Counted from the first letter of the stretch, positions 50,670 to 60,862 are shown. The stretch: DNA of 64,000 bases from Candidatus Zhuqueibacterota bacterium (GCA_015491485.1 WFVT01000284.1:243-64242); one strand, 5' to 3'. Made by a program: numbers and translations. The notes: generated by a model not told the origin, from the sequence alone.

Positions 50670-50879
50670 ATGCCCTGTGTCATCGTTCGTGAGGGCGAAG
50701 ATTTCGAGAAGGCTCTGAAGCGCTTTAATAAGGCCTGTGAAAAAGCAGGAATTATTTCGGAGATCAAAAAACATCAATTCTTTGAAAAACCCAGCGAACG
50801 CCGCAAGCGCAAAGAAGCGGCGGCACGCCGCAAAATGCGCAAGCTGATGGCCGCGCTGGAAAAGAAAAAACGCCGTTAA
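50670..50879 (+). CDS. rpsU: 30S ribosomal protein S21
   Basis: [48 protein letters not shown] is typical of S21. AAAGGAGG lies 11 nt upstream of ATG 50670. Confidence 0.9.
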   Translation: MPCVIVREGEDFEKALKRFNKACEKAGIISEIKKHQFFEKPSERRKRKEAAARRKMRKLMAALEKKKRR

Positions 50880-50958
50880 GTGAGTCAACCTCATCCGGCT
50901 GACATCCCGTCGCGGGACGATCGGGTCCCGGGTACTTGATTAAACTTGTGATGTGACC

Positions 50959-51402
50959 ATGAGCATTATAGAGCGGTTGACCGAGGATATGAAGGCCGCG
51001 ATGAAGCAGGGCGATAAGGATCGCGTTGGCACCATCCGGCAGCTCCGCGCGCAATTGAATAATGCGCGAATTGAACTTGGTCGGGATTTGACCGATGACG
51101 ACGCCATCAAGGTGCTGACCAATGCGGCCAAGAAACGCAAAGAAGCCATTGAAATGTACGAAAAAGCGGGCCGGGAAGACCTTGTCGCCAAAGAAAAAGC
51201 CGAACTCGCGGTCATTCAAGAGTATTTGCCACAGCAGCTCTCGAAAGAAGAATTGGAAGCCATCATCGATGCCGTCATCAAAGATGTGAATGCCACAAGC
51301 ATGAAGGATATGGGCCGGGTGATGGGGCAGGTTATGCAACAAGTCCGCGGGCGCGCTGATGGTAAGCAAGTGCAGGAACTGGTACGCAGCAAGTTACAGT
51401 GA
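50959..51402 (+). CDS. GatB/YqeY-domain protein
   Basis: IIERLTEDMKAAMKQGDKDRVGTIRQLRAQL...EMYEKAGREDLVAKEKAELAVIQEYLP is characteristic of the YqeY family. Confidence 0.85.
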   Translation: MSIIERLTEDMKAAMKQGDKDRVGTIRQLRAQLNNARIELGRDLTDDDAIKVLTNAAKKRKEAIEMYEKAGREDLVAKEKAELAVIQEYLPQQLSKEELEAIIDAVIKDVNATSMKDMGRVMGQVMQQVRGRADGKQVQELVRSKLQ

Positions 51403-51424
51403 TGCTTTGTCGCTGTTTTTCGGG

Positions 51425-51475
51425 AAAAAGTGAATGAAGGCTTCTTCCGGAACCTTTATTCACTTTTTTTATTTT
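51425..51475 (+). terminator. Rho-independent terminator after the yqeY-like gene
   Basis: Stem AAAAAGTGAATGAAGG / CCTTTATTCACTTTTT (one G-U), 12-nt loop, then a T-run TTTTTTTATTTT. Confidence 0.7.
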
Positions 51476-51801
51476 CAGCGCAAAGCGGGCAGGTTTTATT
51501 GGCGCAGACGTTCTAAATGACGTATTTTTAGAATTGAGTCGGGCCGGGTGAAATGGGCGTGAACGGCTCCTGGCCGAGAATTTGTTTATGATGCACCCGG
51601 GGAAAATACACCCCGGAAAGATCCGTGCGGTTCCTACGATGAAGCCACATTGCAGCCGTTGAAAACCGTAACGATGAAATTCAATTATCCATGAAATTCG
51701 GGGCTGTCCCCAAACGGCAACATTCTGTCCGGGGGCCCGGCATGGGGAATCCGCAGAAGGCTGTTTGGGGGACCGCTTCGGCCGGCAAGGGAAGCAAAGG
51801 C

Positions 51802-52443
51802 ATGTCGAACGCACAAATTTACATTTACATCGATCTGTTTCTGGTCCTGATCGTGATTTTGTTTATTTACAAAGGATATCGGAAACGGTTTTTCTCCGAA
51901 TTTGTGAGTTTCCTGGGTTTCATGATCGCCATGACGGGCGGGCTCATGGCGCTGCCGTTCCTGGCGCCGAAAATCGTCACCACCACCCAGTTGACGTTTG
52001 GTGCCAGTTTGGCTTTGGCTTTTCTGCTGGTGTATGCCTTCATCTGGGTGGCGTACCGTTATGTGGAAAAATTTATTTATAAGCATGCTGAATTTAAAAT
52101 GACTGAAAAGCTGGACCACACCTTTGGTGTGATTATTGGAGTGATCAAAGGGCTGTTTGTGGCGAGTCTGGTGGCCATGTTTTTGAAAACCGTGTATATT
52201 AGTGACGAACTGTCCGAACAGGTGCAAAACTCCAATTTCGCACCGTTCGCCGAAAGCGTCGGGCCGGCGATGTACGACCGCATGCGCAAATTCATTCCCG
52301 GGGCAAAAGCGTTTGTGGAATATCTGGAAGCCGCCGCCGAAAAAACCCCGTCGCAATTGGTGGATAATGCGGTGGTCAACTTGTTGATCGATCTGAACTC
52401 GAGCAAAGCGGAACAATGGACGAATTCGAAAGCCAAAAAATAG
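51802..52443 (+). CDS. cvpA: CvpA-family membrane protein
   Basis: Start at ATG 51802. N-terminal TM IDLFLVLIVILFIYKGYRKRFFSEF and four-TM layout typical of CvpA. Confidence 0.65.
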   Translation: MSNAQIYIYIDLFLVLIVILFIYKGYRKRFFSEFVSFLGFMIAMTGGLMALPFLAPKIVTTTQLTFGASLALAFLLVYAFIWVAYRYVEKFIYKHAEFKMTEKLDHTFGVIIGVIKGLFVASLVAMFLKTVYISDELSEQVQNSNFAPFAESVGPAMYDRMRKFIPGAKAFVEYLEAAAEKTPSQLVDNAVVNLLIDLNSSKAEQWTNSKAKK

Positions 52444-54824
52444 ATTTTCTGTTGGAGGCGGCGCAGAGTCTGGAACTGCCCAAAGTGCTCGATATCGTGG
52501 CGCGGTATGCGCACTCGCCGGCGGCGGTGGAGCGCATCCGGCAGTTGCCCATTCTCGATGAGGTGCAGGCCATCCGCACGGAACTGGACCGCGTGTCGGA
52601 TGTGCGGGCCCTGCTGGACCGGGGCGAGGACCTCCCGCTGGAAGAAATCGCTGATCTGGAAGACCTGTTCAGCAACATCAAAGTCGCCGGTGTGGTGCTG
52701 ACGCCGGAAGCGCTGGTGGAGCTCGCCCGGGTGGCGAGGGTGGCACGGCAGGTGCGCCGGCTCTGTCAGGAGCAAAGGGCGCAGATGCCCGCAGTCATGC
52801 CCCTGGCCGAAGATTTACATCCGCTGCGTGAATTCGAAGAGGCGGTTTCCGGAGCGATTGATTTCAAGTCGCACGAGATTCTCGATTCGGCCAGCCCGGC
52901 GCTGCGGCGCATTCGGAGGGAGATTGAGGCGGCGCAGGAAGCGGTTCGCGCCAAATTGCAGCAGATATTGAAAAAAGCGGCGGGCGCCGGTATGCTGCAG
53001 GAACAGCTCATCACCGTGCGCGACGGCCGGCTGGTGCTGATGGTGAAAGACGAGCACAAACGCAAAATCGGCGGCATCGTGCACGATCAGTCCGCTACGG
53101 GCCAGACCCTGTTCATCGAGCCGGTGGAAACGGTGGAGATGAACAACCGGGTGCGGCAGTTGCAGGCGCAGGAACGCCGGGAGATCGAACGCATCCTGGC
53201 GGAGCTGTCCGCACGGGCGCATGAGCACCACGAGGCGCTGGAACGGAACTATCGGATCTTGATCGAGCTGGAGACGCTGCGAGCGCGGGCGGTGTATTCG
53301 CGGCAGGTGGAGGGCAACGCCGCACAGGTCAATGCCAGCGGCCGGATCGTGTTGTACGCGGCGCGGCATCCGCTGCTGCTGGAAAAATACCAGGACCGCG
53401 ATCGCGTGGTGCCGCTCAATTTTCGCCTCGGCGAGGATTTTCATACGCTGGTCATCACGGGGCCCAATGCCGGCGGTAAAACGGTGGCCATGAAAACCGT
53501 CGGTCTGGCCGTGCTGATGACCCGTGCCGGGCTGCACATCCCGGCGAGCCCGGATTCCGAGATCGGCATCATGGGCCGCGTGTTCGTCGATATCGGCGAT
53601 CAGCAATCCATCGAAAACGACCTCTCCACCTTCTCATCGCACATGACCAAACTCAAACGCATTTTGGAGACCGCCGAACAGAACGATCTGGTGCTGATCG
53701 ACGAGATCGGCAGTGGCACCGATCCGGAAGAGGGCACGGCGCTGGCGATCAGCGCCCTGAAAACCCTGAACGAGCGCGGCGTGCGCACCATCGTCACCAC
53801 CCACCACGGGGCGTTGAAGGTGTTTGCCCACAATACCCCCGGGGTGGAAAACGGCAGCATGGTGTTCGATGCCGAGAGTTTGCAGCCCACGTACGAATTC
53901 CGTCCCGGCGTGCCCGGCGCCAGCTATGCATTCGAAATCGCCGGGCGCATCGGCCTGGATGAGCGCGTGATTGGCGAGGCGCGGCGGCTGGTCGGCAGCC
54001 AAAAAGGCGAGCTCGAACGGCTGATTTCGGACCTCGAACGCAAAATTCAGGAGCAGGATGAAAAAATCCGCCAGCTCAAACTGGAAGAAACCCGGCTGAA
54101 CGGCCTGATCAAACTGTATCAGGAGCGGGCGGAAGAGCTGGCCACGCGGCGGCGCAAGCTGAAGCAAGAGGCCATCGAGGAGAGCGAGGCGATCCTCGCC
54201 CGCGCCAATGCCGCCGTGGAGCAGGCGATTCGCGAAATCCGCGAAAAGCAGGCGGCCAAAGAAGCCATCCGGGCGTCCAAAGCGCGGCTGGAGCAGGAAC
54301 GTGAACGGCTGCAGCGCGAAAAACAGAAAATGCGCACCGAAACGCGCGCCCGGCAGGAAGAGGTGGAGGTCGAAACCGCGGTGGAAGACATCGCGCCGGG
54401 CAGCGTGGTATTGTGGCGGTCGCAGAATTCCGAGGCGGTGGTACTCGAACCGCCGGACGGCGAAAACCGGGTGCTGCTGCAGGCCGGGCCGCTGAAACTG
54501 CGCGTGCCGCTGGATGATATCAAGCCGCTGCGCAAGACGCGCCAAGCCCGCGCCCGGGTTTCCATTGAAAAGCCCGAACCGGTGCCGCAAGAGACGGACG
54601 TGCGCGGCATGCGTGTGGATGAGGCGCTGGCCGCGGTGGATCAATATTTGAGTGAGGCGTTGCTGTACGGCTGGGAGGAAGTGCGCATCATCCACGGCAA
54701 GGGCACGGGTGCGCTTCGCAAGGCCATCAACGAGTTTTTGCGACAGCATCCCAACGTGTCGCATTTCGAGCCGGCGCCGCTCGGCAAAGGCGATATCGGC
54801 GTCACCGTGGTGAAATTGAAATAG
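52416..54824 (+). CDS. mutS2: Endonuclease MutS2 (MutS ATPase core plus C-terminal Smr domain)
   Basis: Walker A ITGPNAGGKTVAMKTVGL, DEIGSGTDPEEG, a long coiled-coil, and a Smr domain DVRGMRVDEAL...IIHGKGTGALR. Confidence 0.9.
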   Translation: MDEFESQKIDFLLEAAQSLELPKVLDIVARYAHSPAAVERIRQLPILDEVQAIRTELDRVSDVRALLDRGEDLPLEEIADLEDLFSNIKVAGVVLTPEALVELARVARVARQVRRLCQEQRAQMPAVMPLAEDLHPLREFEEAVSGAIDFKSHEILDSASPALRRIRREIEAAQEAVRAKLQQILKKAAGAGMLQEQLITVRDGRLVLMVKDEHKRKIGGIVHDQSATGQTLFIEPVETVEMNNRVRQLQAQERREIERILAELSARAHEHHEALERNYRILIELETLRARAVYSRQVEGNAAQVNASGRIVLYAARHPLLLEKYQDRDRVVPLNFRLGEDFHTLVITGPNAGGKTVAMKTVGLAVLMTRAGLHIPASPDSEIGIMGRVFVDIGDQQSIENDLSTFSSHMTKLKRILETAEQNDLVLIDEIGSGTDPEEGTALAISALKTLNERGVRTIVTTHHGALKVFAHNTPGVENGSMVFDAESLQPTYEFRPGVPGASYAFEIAGRIGLDERVIGEARRLVGSQKGELERLISDLERKIQEQDEKIRQLKLEETRLNGLIKLYQERAEELATRRRKLKQEAIEESEAILARANAAVEQAIREIREKQAAKEAIRASKARLEQERERLQREKQKMRTETRARQEEVEVETAVEDIAPGSVVLWRSQNSEAVVLEPPDGENRVLLQAGPLKLRVPLDDIKPLRKTRQARARVSIEKPEPVPQETDVRGMRVDEALAAVDQYLSEALLYGWEEVRIIHGKGTGALRKAINEFLRQHPNVSHFEPAPLGKGDIGVTVVKLK

Positions 54825-54841
54825 AAAGGATCAGGACAGCT

Positions 54842-55675
54842 ATGGATTATCCCGAAAATGGGCGGGAGAAGCCCGATAAACAGGTATTGAACACGGCCAT
54901 CGAGGCGGCCAAAATCGGCGGCGAGGTGCTGCTGACGCACATGTCGCGGGTGCAGCACTACGATATTGAACAAAAGGGCGCGTTCGATTATGCCACCGAG
55001 GTGGATCATGCCTCGGAAAAGGCGATCATCGATTACATCCTGTCGCGGTATCCGGATCACCGCATATTAGCCGAAGAAGGCGGCGAAATCGGCGGTACCG
55101 GGGTGTACCGGTGGGTCATCGATCCGCTGGACGGCACCACCAATTACATTCATGGCGTGCGGATGTTCGCGGTGTCTATTGCGGCCATGCGCGGAGACGT
55201 CCCGGTTGTGGGCGTGGTCTATGATCCCGTGCGCGGCGAAATGTTTGCGGCGGCCATGGGGCATGGCGCGTATCTCAACGGGACGCCCATCAAAGTCTCC
55301 GAACATCGCCACATGCACGAGTGTTTGCTCGCCACCGGTTTCCCGTTCCGTTGCAAAGAGCTGATCGAGCCGTATCTGCAGAGCTTCCAGACCTTCTTTG
55401 GCCGGGCTCGGGATATCCGCCGAATGGGCTCCGCCGCCCTGGACCTGGCCTATGTGGCGGCCGGCCGGTTTGATGGTTTCTGGGAGCTGAAACTCAACCG
55501 GTGGGATATCGCGGCGGGCGTGGTGCTGATCAAGGAAGCCGGCGGCGAGGTCAGCGGTTTCCTGGAAGGCGAAGATTACTGGCGCACGGGCAACATCGTG
55601 GCCAGCAACGGCCACATTCACGAGGAGCTGCTCGAAGTCGTGCAGCGGATATTCGAGGGGAAACTGGAGATCTGA
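54842..55675 (+). CDS. Inositol monophosphatase family protein
   Basis: ILAEEGG, WVIDPLDGTTNYIHG and WDIAAG motifs. Confidence 0.85.
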   Translation: MDYPENGREKPDKQVLNTAIEAAKIGGEVLLTHMSRVQHYDIEQKGAFDYATEVDHASEKAIIDYILSRYPDHRILAEEGGEIGGTGVYRWVIDPLDGTTNYIHGVRMFAVSIAAMRGDVPVVGVVYDPVRGEMFAAAMGHGAYLNGTPIKVSEHRHMHECLLATGFPFRCKELIEPYLQSFQTFFGRARDIRRMGSAALDLAYVAAGRFDGFWELKLNRWDIAAGVVLIKEAGGEVSGFLEGEDYWRTGNIVASNGHIHEELLEVVQRIFEGKLEI

Positions 55676-55681
55676 GCGCGC

Positions 55682-56110
55682 ATGGCCATTCGACGCATCG
55701 TTTTGGGGCTGGGAGGACTTCTGGCGTTGTGCTGGTATGCTTATGGCAATCCTCCCGTCCCCTCGCTTGCCGACATCATCAGCCGGGCCGATTCATTTGT
55801 CAACCAGCCGGTGGAACTGTATGTAGAAACCACCGTTGAACGTCTTCAACCGGACGGTTTCTGGCTCCGGCAGCGCGGAGCGCGCATCTTTGTGCGCGGC
55901 GATGCCGGTAAAGCCGCGCCCGGGGATTACGTCACGGTGACGGGGGTGCTGCTGCCCGATACCACCGTGGCGCTGCAGGCCATGTACGTCGGGAAAGGAC
56001 GGCGGATTAAAATGGCGGTTTCGGCGGTGGCGGTGGTACTGGCATTCGCCGTTTTTCTGCGCGGCATCCGCTGGACCCGTCACGGATGGGAGCTCAAGAC
56101 CGATGCCTGA
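55682..56110 (+). CDS. Hypothetical membrane-anchored protein
   Basis: 142 aa with N- and C-terminal TM helices flanking a beta-rich ~80-aa core. No recognised motif. Confidence 0.45.
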   Translation: MAIRRIVLGLGGLLALCWYAYGNPPVPSLADIISRADSFVNQPVELYVETTVERLQPDGFWLRQRGARIFVRGDAGKAAPGDYVTVTGVLLPDTTVALQAMYVGKGRRIKMAVSAVAVVLAFAVFLRGIRWTRHGWELKTDA

Positions 56111-56561
56111 TCTACTGACACACGTCACTTCCGGCTATCTCGTGCGGCAAATCACCGCCGGGCGGCTGCATCTCGGTGTGCTGACCCTGGGCGTTATCCT
56201 TCCGGATGTGGTCACCCGGCCTGTGTACATTATCTGGCCGGAAGCGTACTGGTTCGTCAAACCATTGCATACGCCGCTGGGGCTGGTATTGCTGAGTGTG
56301 GCCGTGTCCGGATTCTTCGCCGCCCGTGATCGCCGGCAGGCGCTGATCAATCTGTTGGCGGGAAATGCATTGCACCTGGCGCTGGACCTGCTGCAGAAGC
56401 ATCTGGTGGGCGGCTATGCGCTGCTGTTTCCGTTCACCTGGAGAAGCTGGGAAATCGGCCTTGTTTGGCCAGAACAAACCCTGATTGGATTGCCGGTCTG
56501 GCTCGGGGTGGCGCTCATCGTGTATTTCTATGGCAGGAAAAAGACGGCGAGAGCGGGATAA
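56103..56561 (+). CDS. Membrane-bound metal-dependent hydrolase-like protein (DUF457/YdjM-like)
   Basis: N-terminus MPDLLTHV and a 4-TM pattern with scattered His/Asp resemble DUF457. Overlaps the upstream gene by 8 nt. Confidence 0.45.
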   Translation: MPDLLTHVTSGYLVRQITAGRLHLGVLTLGVILPDVVTRPVYIIWPEAYWFVKPLHTPLGLVLLSVAVSGFFAARDRRQALINLLAGNALHLALDLLQKHLVGGYALLFPFTWRSWEIGLVWPEQTLIGLPVWLGVALIVYFYGRKKTARAG

Positions 56562-56593
56562 TCCCGCTGAACATGCAAACCATGTGATCCGAC

Positions 56594-57778
56594 ATGCGAT
56601 CCAAAATTTATGACTCCCCCCAGTCATTAAAATCGGTCCTTTTTGTATTCGCGATTGCGATTATTTTGTTATTGCTTCTGTACACGCAACATCTGGTCAA
56701 TACCTTGCGCAATGAAGCGCGGCAAATTCTGGAATTCTATGCCAGCTTTTACGAACGCGCCATTACCGAAGCCGATGACACCGAATTAAATTTTATTTTC
56801 GAGGAAATCATCAAGCGCACCGATTTCCCGATGATCATGACCGATGAACAGGGCAATCCCACCGGGTGGAAAGGCATCGGCATCGATCCCGGAGATTACT
56901 CCGAAGAAGCCCTGAAAAAGGTTCGGAGTTTGGTCGAAGCCATGGCGGAAGAAATTGACCCGATTCCGTTGCGCTACAAGGACATCCCGCTGGGCTATCT
57001 GTACTACGGCGATTCCAAATCCATCCAGCAGTTGCGCTGGCTGCCCTATGTGGAAATTCTGGTCATCGGGCTGTACATTATGATCGGTTTTTTCGGGATC
57101 AACAGCATCCGGCGCAGCGAGCAGCAATTCATCTGGATCGGCATGGCCAAAGAAACCGCGCATCAGCTCGGAACGCCGCTGTCGTCACTTATGGGCTGGA
57201 TCGAACTGCTGCGGCATAAAACTCGTGGTGAAGAGGTGCGGAAGATTGTGGATGAGATTCAGCAGGATGTGGATCGGCTGAACAAAGTGGCGCAGCGGTT
57301 TTCGCGTATCGGCTCGCGTCCGGAGCTGATGCCCACCGAGTTGGCGCCGGTGGTCGAAGACGTGATTTCGTATTTCCGGCGGCGATTGCCGCAAATGGGC
57401 AAGCGCGTGGATATCCATTTCGAGGATCGGCTGCGGCAGCCGGTTCGCATTAATCCGGAACTGTTCGAGTGGGTCCTGGAAAATCTCATCAAAAACGCTC
57501 TGGACGCCATCGGCACCGAACGGGGTGAAATCCGCATTGTTGTGGATGCGGCACCGGATAAAAAATATCAGGCGGTGATCGATGTTATCGATACCGGACG
57601 CGGCATTCAGCCGCAGGATCGCAATAATATTTTTCGTCCCGGGTTCAGCACCAAAAAACGCGGCTGGGGATTGGGCCTCAGTTTGTCACGCCGCATTATC
57701 GAAAATTATCATAAAGGAAAATTGATTTTGAAACACACGGCACCAGGGAAAGGCACCACCATGCGGATTCTGATTTGA
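56594..57778 (+). CDS. Sensor histidine kinase (two TM helices, extracytoplasmic sensor domain)
   Basis: H-box ETAHQLGTPLSSLMGWIELL, N-box NLIKNALDA, G1 DTGRGI, G2 GWGLGLSL. No response regulator gene nearby. Confidence 0.85.
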   Translation: MRSKIYDSPQSLKSVLFVFAIAIILLLLLYTQHLVNTLRNEARQILEFYASFYERAITEADDTELNFIFEEIIKRTDFPMIMTDEQGNPTGWKGIGIDPGDYSEEALKKVRSLVEAMAEEIDPIPLRYKDIPLGYLYYGDSKSIQQLRWLPYVEILVIGLYIMIGFFGINSIRRSEQQFIWIGMAKETAHQLGTPLSSLMGWIELLRHKTRGEEVRKIVDEIQQDVDRLNKVAQRFSRIGSRPELMPTELAPVVEDVISYFRRRLPQMGKRVDIHFEDRLRQPVRINPELFEWVLENLIKNALDAIGTERGEIRIVVDAAPDKKYQAVIDVIDTGRGIQPQDRNNIFRPGFSTKKRGWGLGLSLSRRIIENYHKGKLILKHTAPGKGTTMRILI

Positions 57779-57817
57779 TCGCAAACGTCACGCGGAACAG
57801 ACAAACGGGGAACGGTT

Positions 57818-58531
57818 ATGCTGACTCCCTTTTCCAGTGATCAGCTTCTCTGGGGTGGATTGGCGCTGATCACTTTCGGTTTCATGGGGCTGTTTCTGTT
57901 CGTATCGCGCTATTTTTCCAAACGGCGTCGGCGCAAACAGGGCGAAAAGGTTCGCCGCCGGGGACTGCTGTTTGGCCTGGTGGAATTGCTGATTTTGTTT
58001 TTGATGATCATCACCGGCCTGTTCAGCATGACTCTGGTGGTGTTTCAGGAAAGTTACCGGGCCTTCACCGAACGGCAGCCCATCCTGCGGGTGCGGGCTT
58101 TTTACAGCCAGCCTCAAAACCGGGAGATGGTGCTGCAGCTCCAGTGGCTCACACCGACCGCAGATACCCTGCAGGTCAAGCGGGTTTATCTGCGGGGCGA
58201 TCAGTTTGAAATCGAAGGGCAGATTTTGCTCTGGGAAGATTTTCTGACCGCGATGGGTTTGAAACCGGGATACAAGCTCACCCGAATCCGCGGGCGGTTT
58301 GTGGATGTGGAAATGGAGCGCGCCGCGCAACCCACCATTATCCGGTTGCATGATGAGGCTATCGATCCTCACTGGGAATGGTTGCTGAAAAATGCCGCCC
58401 GCATTCCGGGTGTGCGCGCCGTCTTTGGGCAGACGGTCTATACCTATCCGGATCCCAAAAGCGTGTTTGAAGTGCAAGTGACGCATGAAGGCTTTGTCTT
58501 GAAAACGTTGAACCCGGCAACCTGGAAATAG
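57818..58531 (+). CDS. Hypothetical two-TM membrane protein
   Basis: 237 aa. Two N-terminal TM helices separated by an Arg/Lys-rich loop (KRRRRKQGEKVRRR), followed by a soluble domain. Confidence 0.45.
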   Translation: MLTPFSSDQLLWGGLALITFGFMGLFLFVSRYFSKRRRRKQGEKVRRRGLLFGLVELLILFLMIITGLFSMTLVVFQESYRAFTERQPILRVRAFYSQPQNREMVLQLQWLTPTADTLQVKRVYLRGDQFEIEGQILLWEDFLTAMGLKPGYKLTRIRGRFVDVEMERAAQPTIIRLHDEAIDPHWEWLLKNAARIPGVRAVFGQTVYTYPDPKSVFEVQVTHEGFVLKTLNPATWK

Positions 58532-58535
58532 GACC

Positions 58536-59810
58536 ATGTATCGAATTCACAGACTCTGGATGGTATCCGCCTGGATGATGGCGGTGGCGCTGACGGGCTG
58601 CGGTGATGCGCCAAAGTCCCCGGATTTTCGGCTGGTAAACTTTGATTATCTCGATCGCCTGTGCCGGCCTTTTGCATGGCCGGACGGCGAAACGGTCTAT
58701 TACATGCACCACCGAACCGACCGGCAGGGCGAGCCGGCCGGTCCCGGACCGTACGGCATCGGCCGCATCGACGACGCCGGACGGGCGCTGCTGGTGTATT
58801 TGCGCTGGCACGAGCTTACCGGGGATACAGGCCACGTCCGACAGATGCGTGGGCTGGTGAAGTTCCTGCTGCGCATGCAGGCGGAGGACGGCCGGTGGTT
58901 CCGCTGGCTCACCGCCGATGGCAGGCGCGCCGGCGAAGGCGATATTGAAAATCCCGGGATCGGCAATGGTGCGGCCAAGGCGGTGTGGGCGCTGGGTCGG
59001 TATGTGCAGGTGGGGCGGGCGAAATCCTGGCCCCTGGTGCAGGAGGCCGGGCAGGCCGTGGAGCGGACGCTGCTGGCGCTCCGGCCGTTCCTGGAGCAAT
59101 ATCCGAATATGGAGACCATCGGCGATGTGGAGGTGCCGCGCTGGTTGCCCAACGGCAGCAATGCCGATGTGGCCAGCGAACTGCTGCTGGGGCTGGTGGC
59201 CTATCAGCGCGCGGGACACCGGAGCGAGCTGCTGCAGGCGGCTTTAGACCGACTCACCGCCGGAATCGCCATGATGCAGCAGCGCCAAGAAGGTGAATTT
59301 GCCTACGGCGTGCATTTATCCTACCGCACCACCTGGCACGCCTGGAGCAACGCGCAGGTGCAGGCGCTGGTGGCCGTGCACCAACTCACGCAGCGGCCGG
59401 AACCGCTGCTGACCGCCCGCCGCGAGGCCGAGCAGTTTTATCCCTGGCTCCTTGAAGAACAATTCGCCGACCGGTTCGACTGGCTGGAAGCGCGAAATAA
59501 CCGCAAGGCCATCGACTGGTTCCCGCAGCGGCCCGAGCATGTGCGCCCCGTTGTGTTGGGGTGTCTGGCGCTTTTTGAGGTCACCGGTGAAAAGAAATTC
59601 GCCGAAATGGCAGGTCGTGCGGCGCGCTGGTTGTTGGGTGACAATGCGGCTCACGAGGCGGTGTATGATCCGACCACCGGCGGAGCCAGGGCTGCGGTGA
59701 AAGCGCGGAATTCCGTCCGCCGCGAAATCAGCGCCGAAGCCACCGCCGAAGCCCTGCTGATGTTGATGGAAGTGGGAAAGAATGCAATGGCTTTGAAGGC
59801 TTTATTATAA
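58536..59810 (+). CDS. Hypothetical lipoprotein, possibly an alpha/alpha-toroid fold
   Basis: Lipobox MAVALTGC. Repeated helix-pair pattern with W/R-rich motifs (EDGRWFRWL). The fold assignment is a guess. Confidence 0.45.
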   Translation: MYRIHRLWMVSAWMMAVALTGCGDAPKSPDFRLVNFDYLDRLCRPFAWPDGETVYYMHHRTDRQGEPAGPGPYGIGRIDDAGRALLVYLRWHELTGDTGHVRQMRGLVKFLLRMQAEDGRWFRWLTADGRRAGEGDIENPGIGNGAAKAVWALGRYVQVGRAKSWPLVQEAGQAVERTLLALRPFLEQYPNMETIGDVEVPRWLPNGSNADVASELLLGLVAYQRAGHRSELLQAALDRLTAGIAMMQQRQEGEFAYGVHLSYRTTWHAWSNAQVQALVAVHQLTQRPEPLLTARREAEQFYPWLLEEQFADRFDWLEARNNRKAIDWFPQRPEHVRPVVLGCLALFEVTGEKKFAEMAGRAARWLLGDNAAHEAVYDPTTGGARAAVKARNSVRREISAEATAEALLMLMEVGKNAMALKALL

Positions 59811-60132
59811 TTGTTTGGATCATTATGCGGGGCCTACAGCGATCAAAAAGCGATTGATACTCTAAATCAACAGAAGCCATCTGTTCGATCCGGGGTTGTC
59901 TCAGCCGAATTTAAGACCCATGGATTTGTACATAAATCAACGTAAGTTTCTACCTGTGCAATTAAATATTTTCATATTCCAAAAAGTGTCGGGTATTAAG
60001 GGCTTAAAAAGCTTTACAGCGCTTATTCATGAAATAAATTAAACCTTGATGAAAACCGTTTTAGGTTTTATTATTGCTAAGAATCATGTTTGAAACCGCA
60101 AATCGAACAGTAAGTTGAAGGTGATAGTCATC

Positions 60133-60375
60133 ATGGGTGCCAAATTAACCCTTCGGATGGATCCTCACTTGATTGAGGCCGCAAAAAAATACGCCGCAAA
60201 GTCAGGGCGATCGCTATCGGAAATTGTCGCAGAGTACTTTCGTGCATTGCTCAGGGAAGACGAAAGTGCGGGCTCACCAATTTCACCTGCGGTCCGCTCA
60301 TTGAAAGGAGCATTAAAAAATATACGGATCGATGAAAAGGATTATAAAAAATACCTGGAAGAAAAATATTCATGA
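60133..60375 (+). CDS. Antitoxin, DUF6364-like (RHH-type partner of PIN toxins)
   Basis: KLTLRMDPHLIEAAKKYAAKSGRSLSEIVAEYFRAL...SLKGALK...DYKKYLEEKY. Its stop overlaps the toxin ATG (ATGA). Confidence 0.7.
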   Translation: MGAKLTLRMDPHLIEAAKKYAAKSGRSLSEIVAEYFRALLREDESAGSPISPAVRSLKGALKNIRIDEKDYKKYLEEKYS

Positions 60376-60794
60376 AAATATTATTTGATACCAATGTAAT
60401 TCTTGATATTATGTTGGATCGGGAACCCTTCTCCGAACCAGCAGCTATTCTATTATCGAAGGTTTAGCAATCCGATGCCATTGGCTTTCTTTGTGCTACG
60501 ACTGTGACTACGATTCATTATCTTGCCTCGAAGAGCCTCGGTGCAAAAGCAGCTAAAAAACACATAGCTACTCTTCTTTCGCTTTTCGAAATCGCACCTG
60601 TAAATCGGATTGTGCTCGAACATGCCCTTTCTTCGGATTTTAATGATTTCGAGGACGCCGTATTGCATGAATCTGCGTTGCACGCTGGCGTGGATTACCT
60701 GATCACTCGAAATCGTTCCGATTTCAAATTTTCAAAATTGCCGGTGTTTGAACCCAAAACCTTCTTGATGGAATTTGATAAATTTATGAAATAA
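60372..60794 (+). pseudogene. vapC: PIN-domain (VapC-type) toxin interrupted by an in-frame TAG
   Basis: MKILFDTNVILDIMLDREPFSEPAAILLSKV, TAG at 60465..60467, then the same frame continues QSDAIGFLCATTVTTIHYL...DFEDAVLHESA...YLITRNRSDF. I verified the frame codon by codon. Confidence 0.75.
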
Positions 60795-60862
60795 CCCACC
60801 GGTTGTAATTTCCGTCTCCATTCCAGGTTGGTTATAACTGTGTTTTTTTACCTCCCCGTTTT

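Noticed and set aside
60465-60467. TAG in the PIN gene as programmed readthrough or pyrrolysine/recoding
   Set aside because: TAG terminates other well-supported genes here (14740-14742, 54822-54824). No pyl genes or recoding signals were seen, so a nonsense mutation or sequencing error is the simpler reading.
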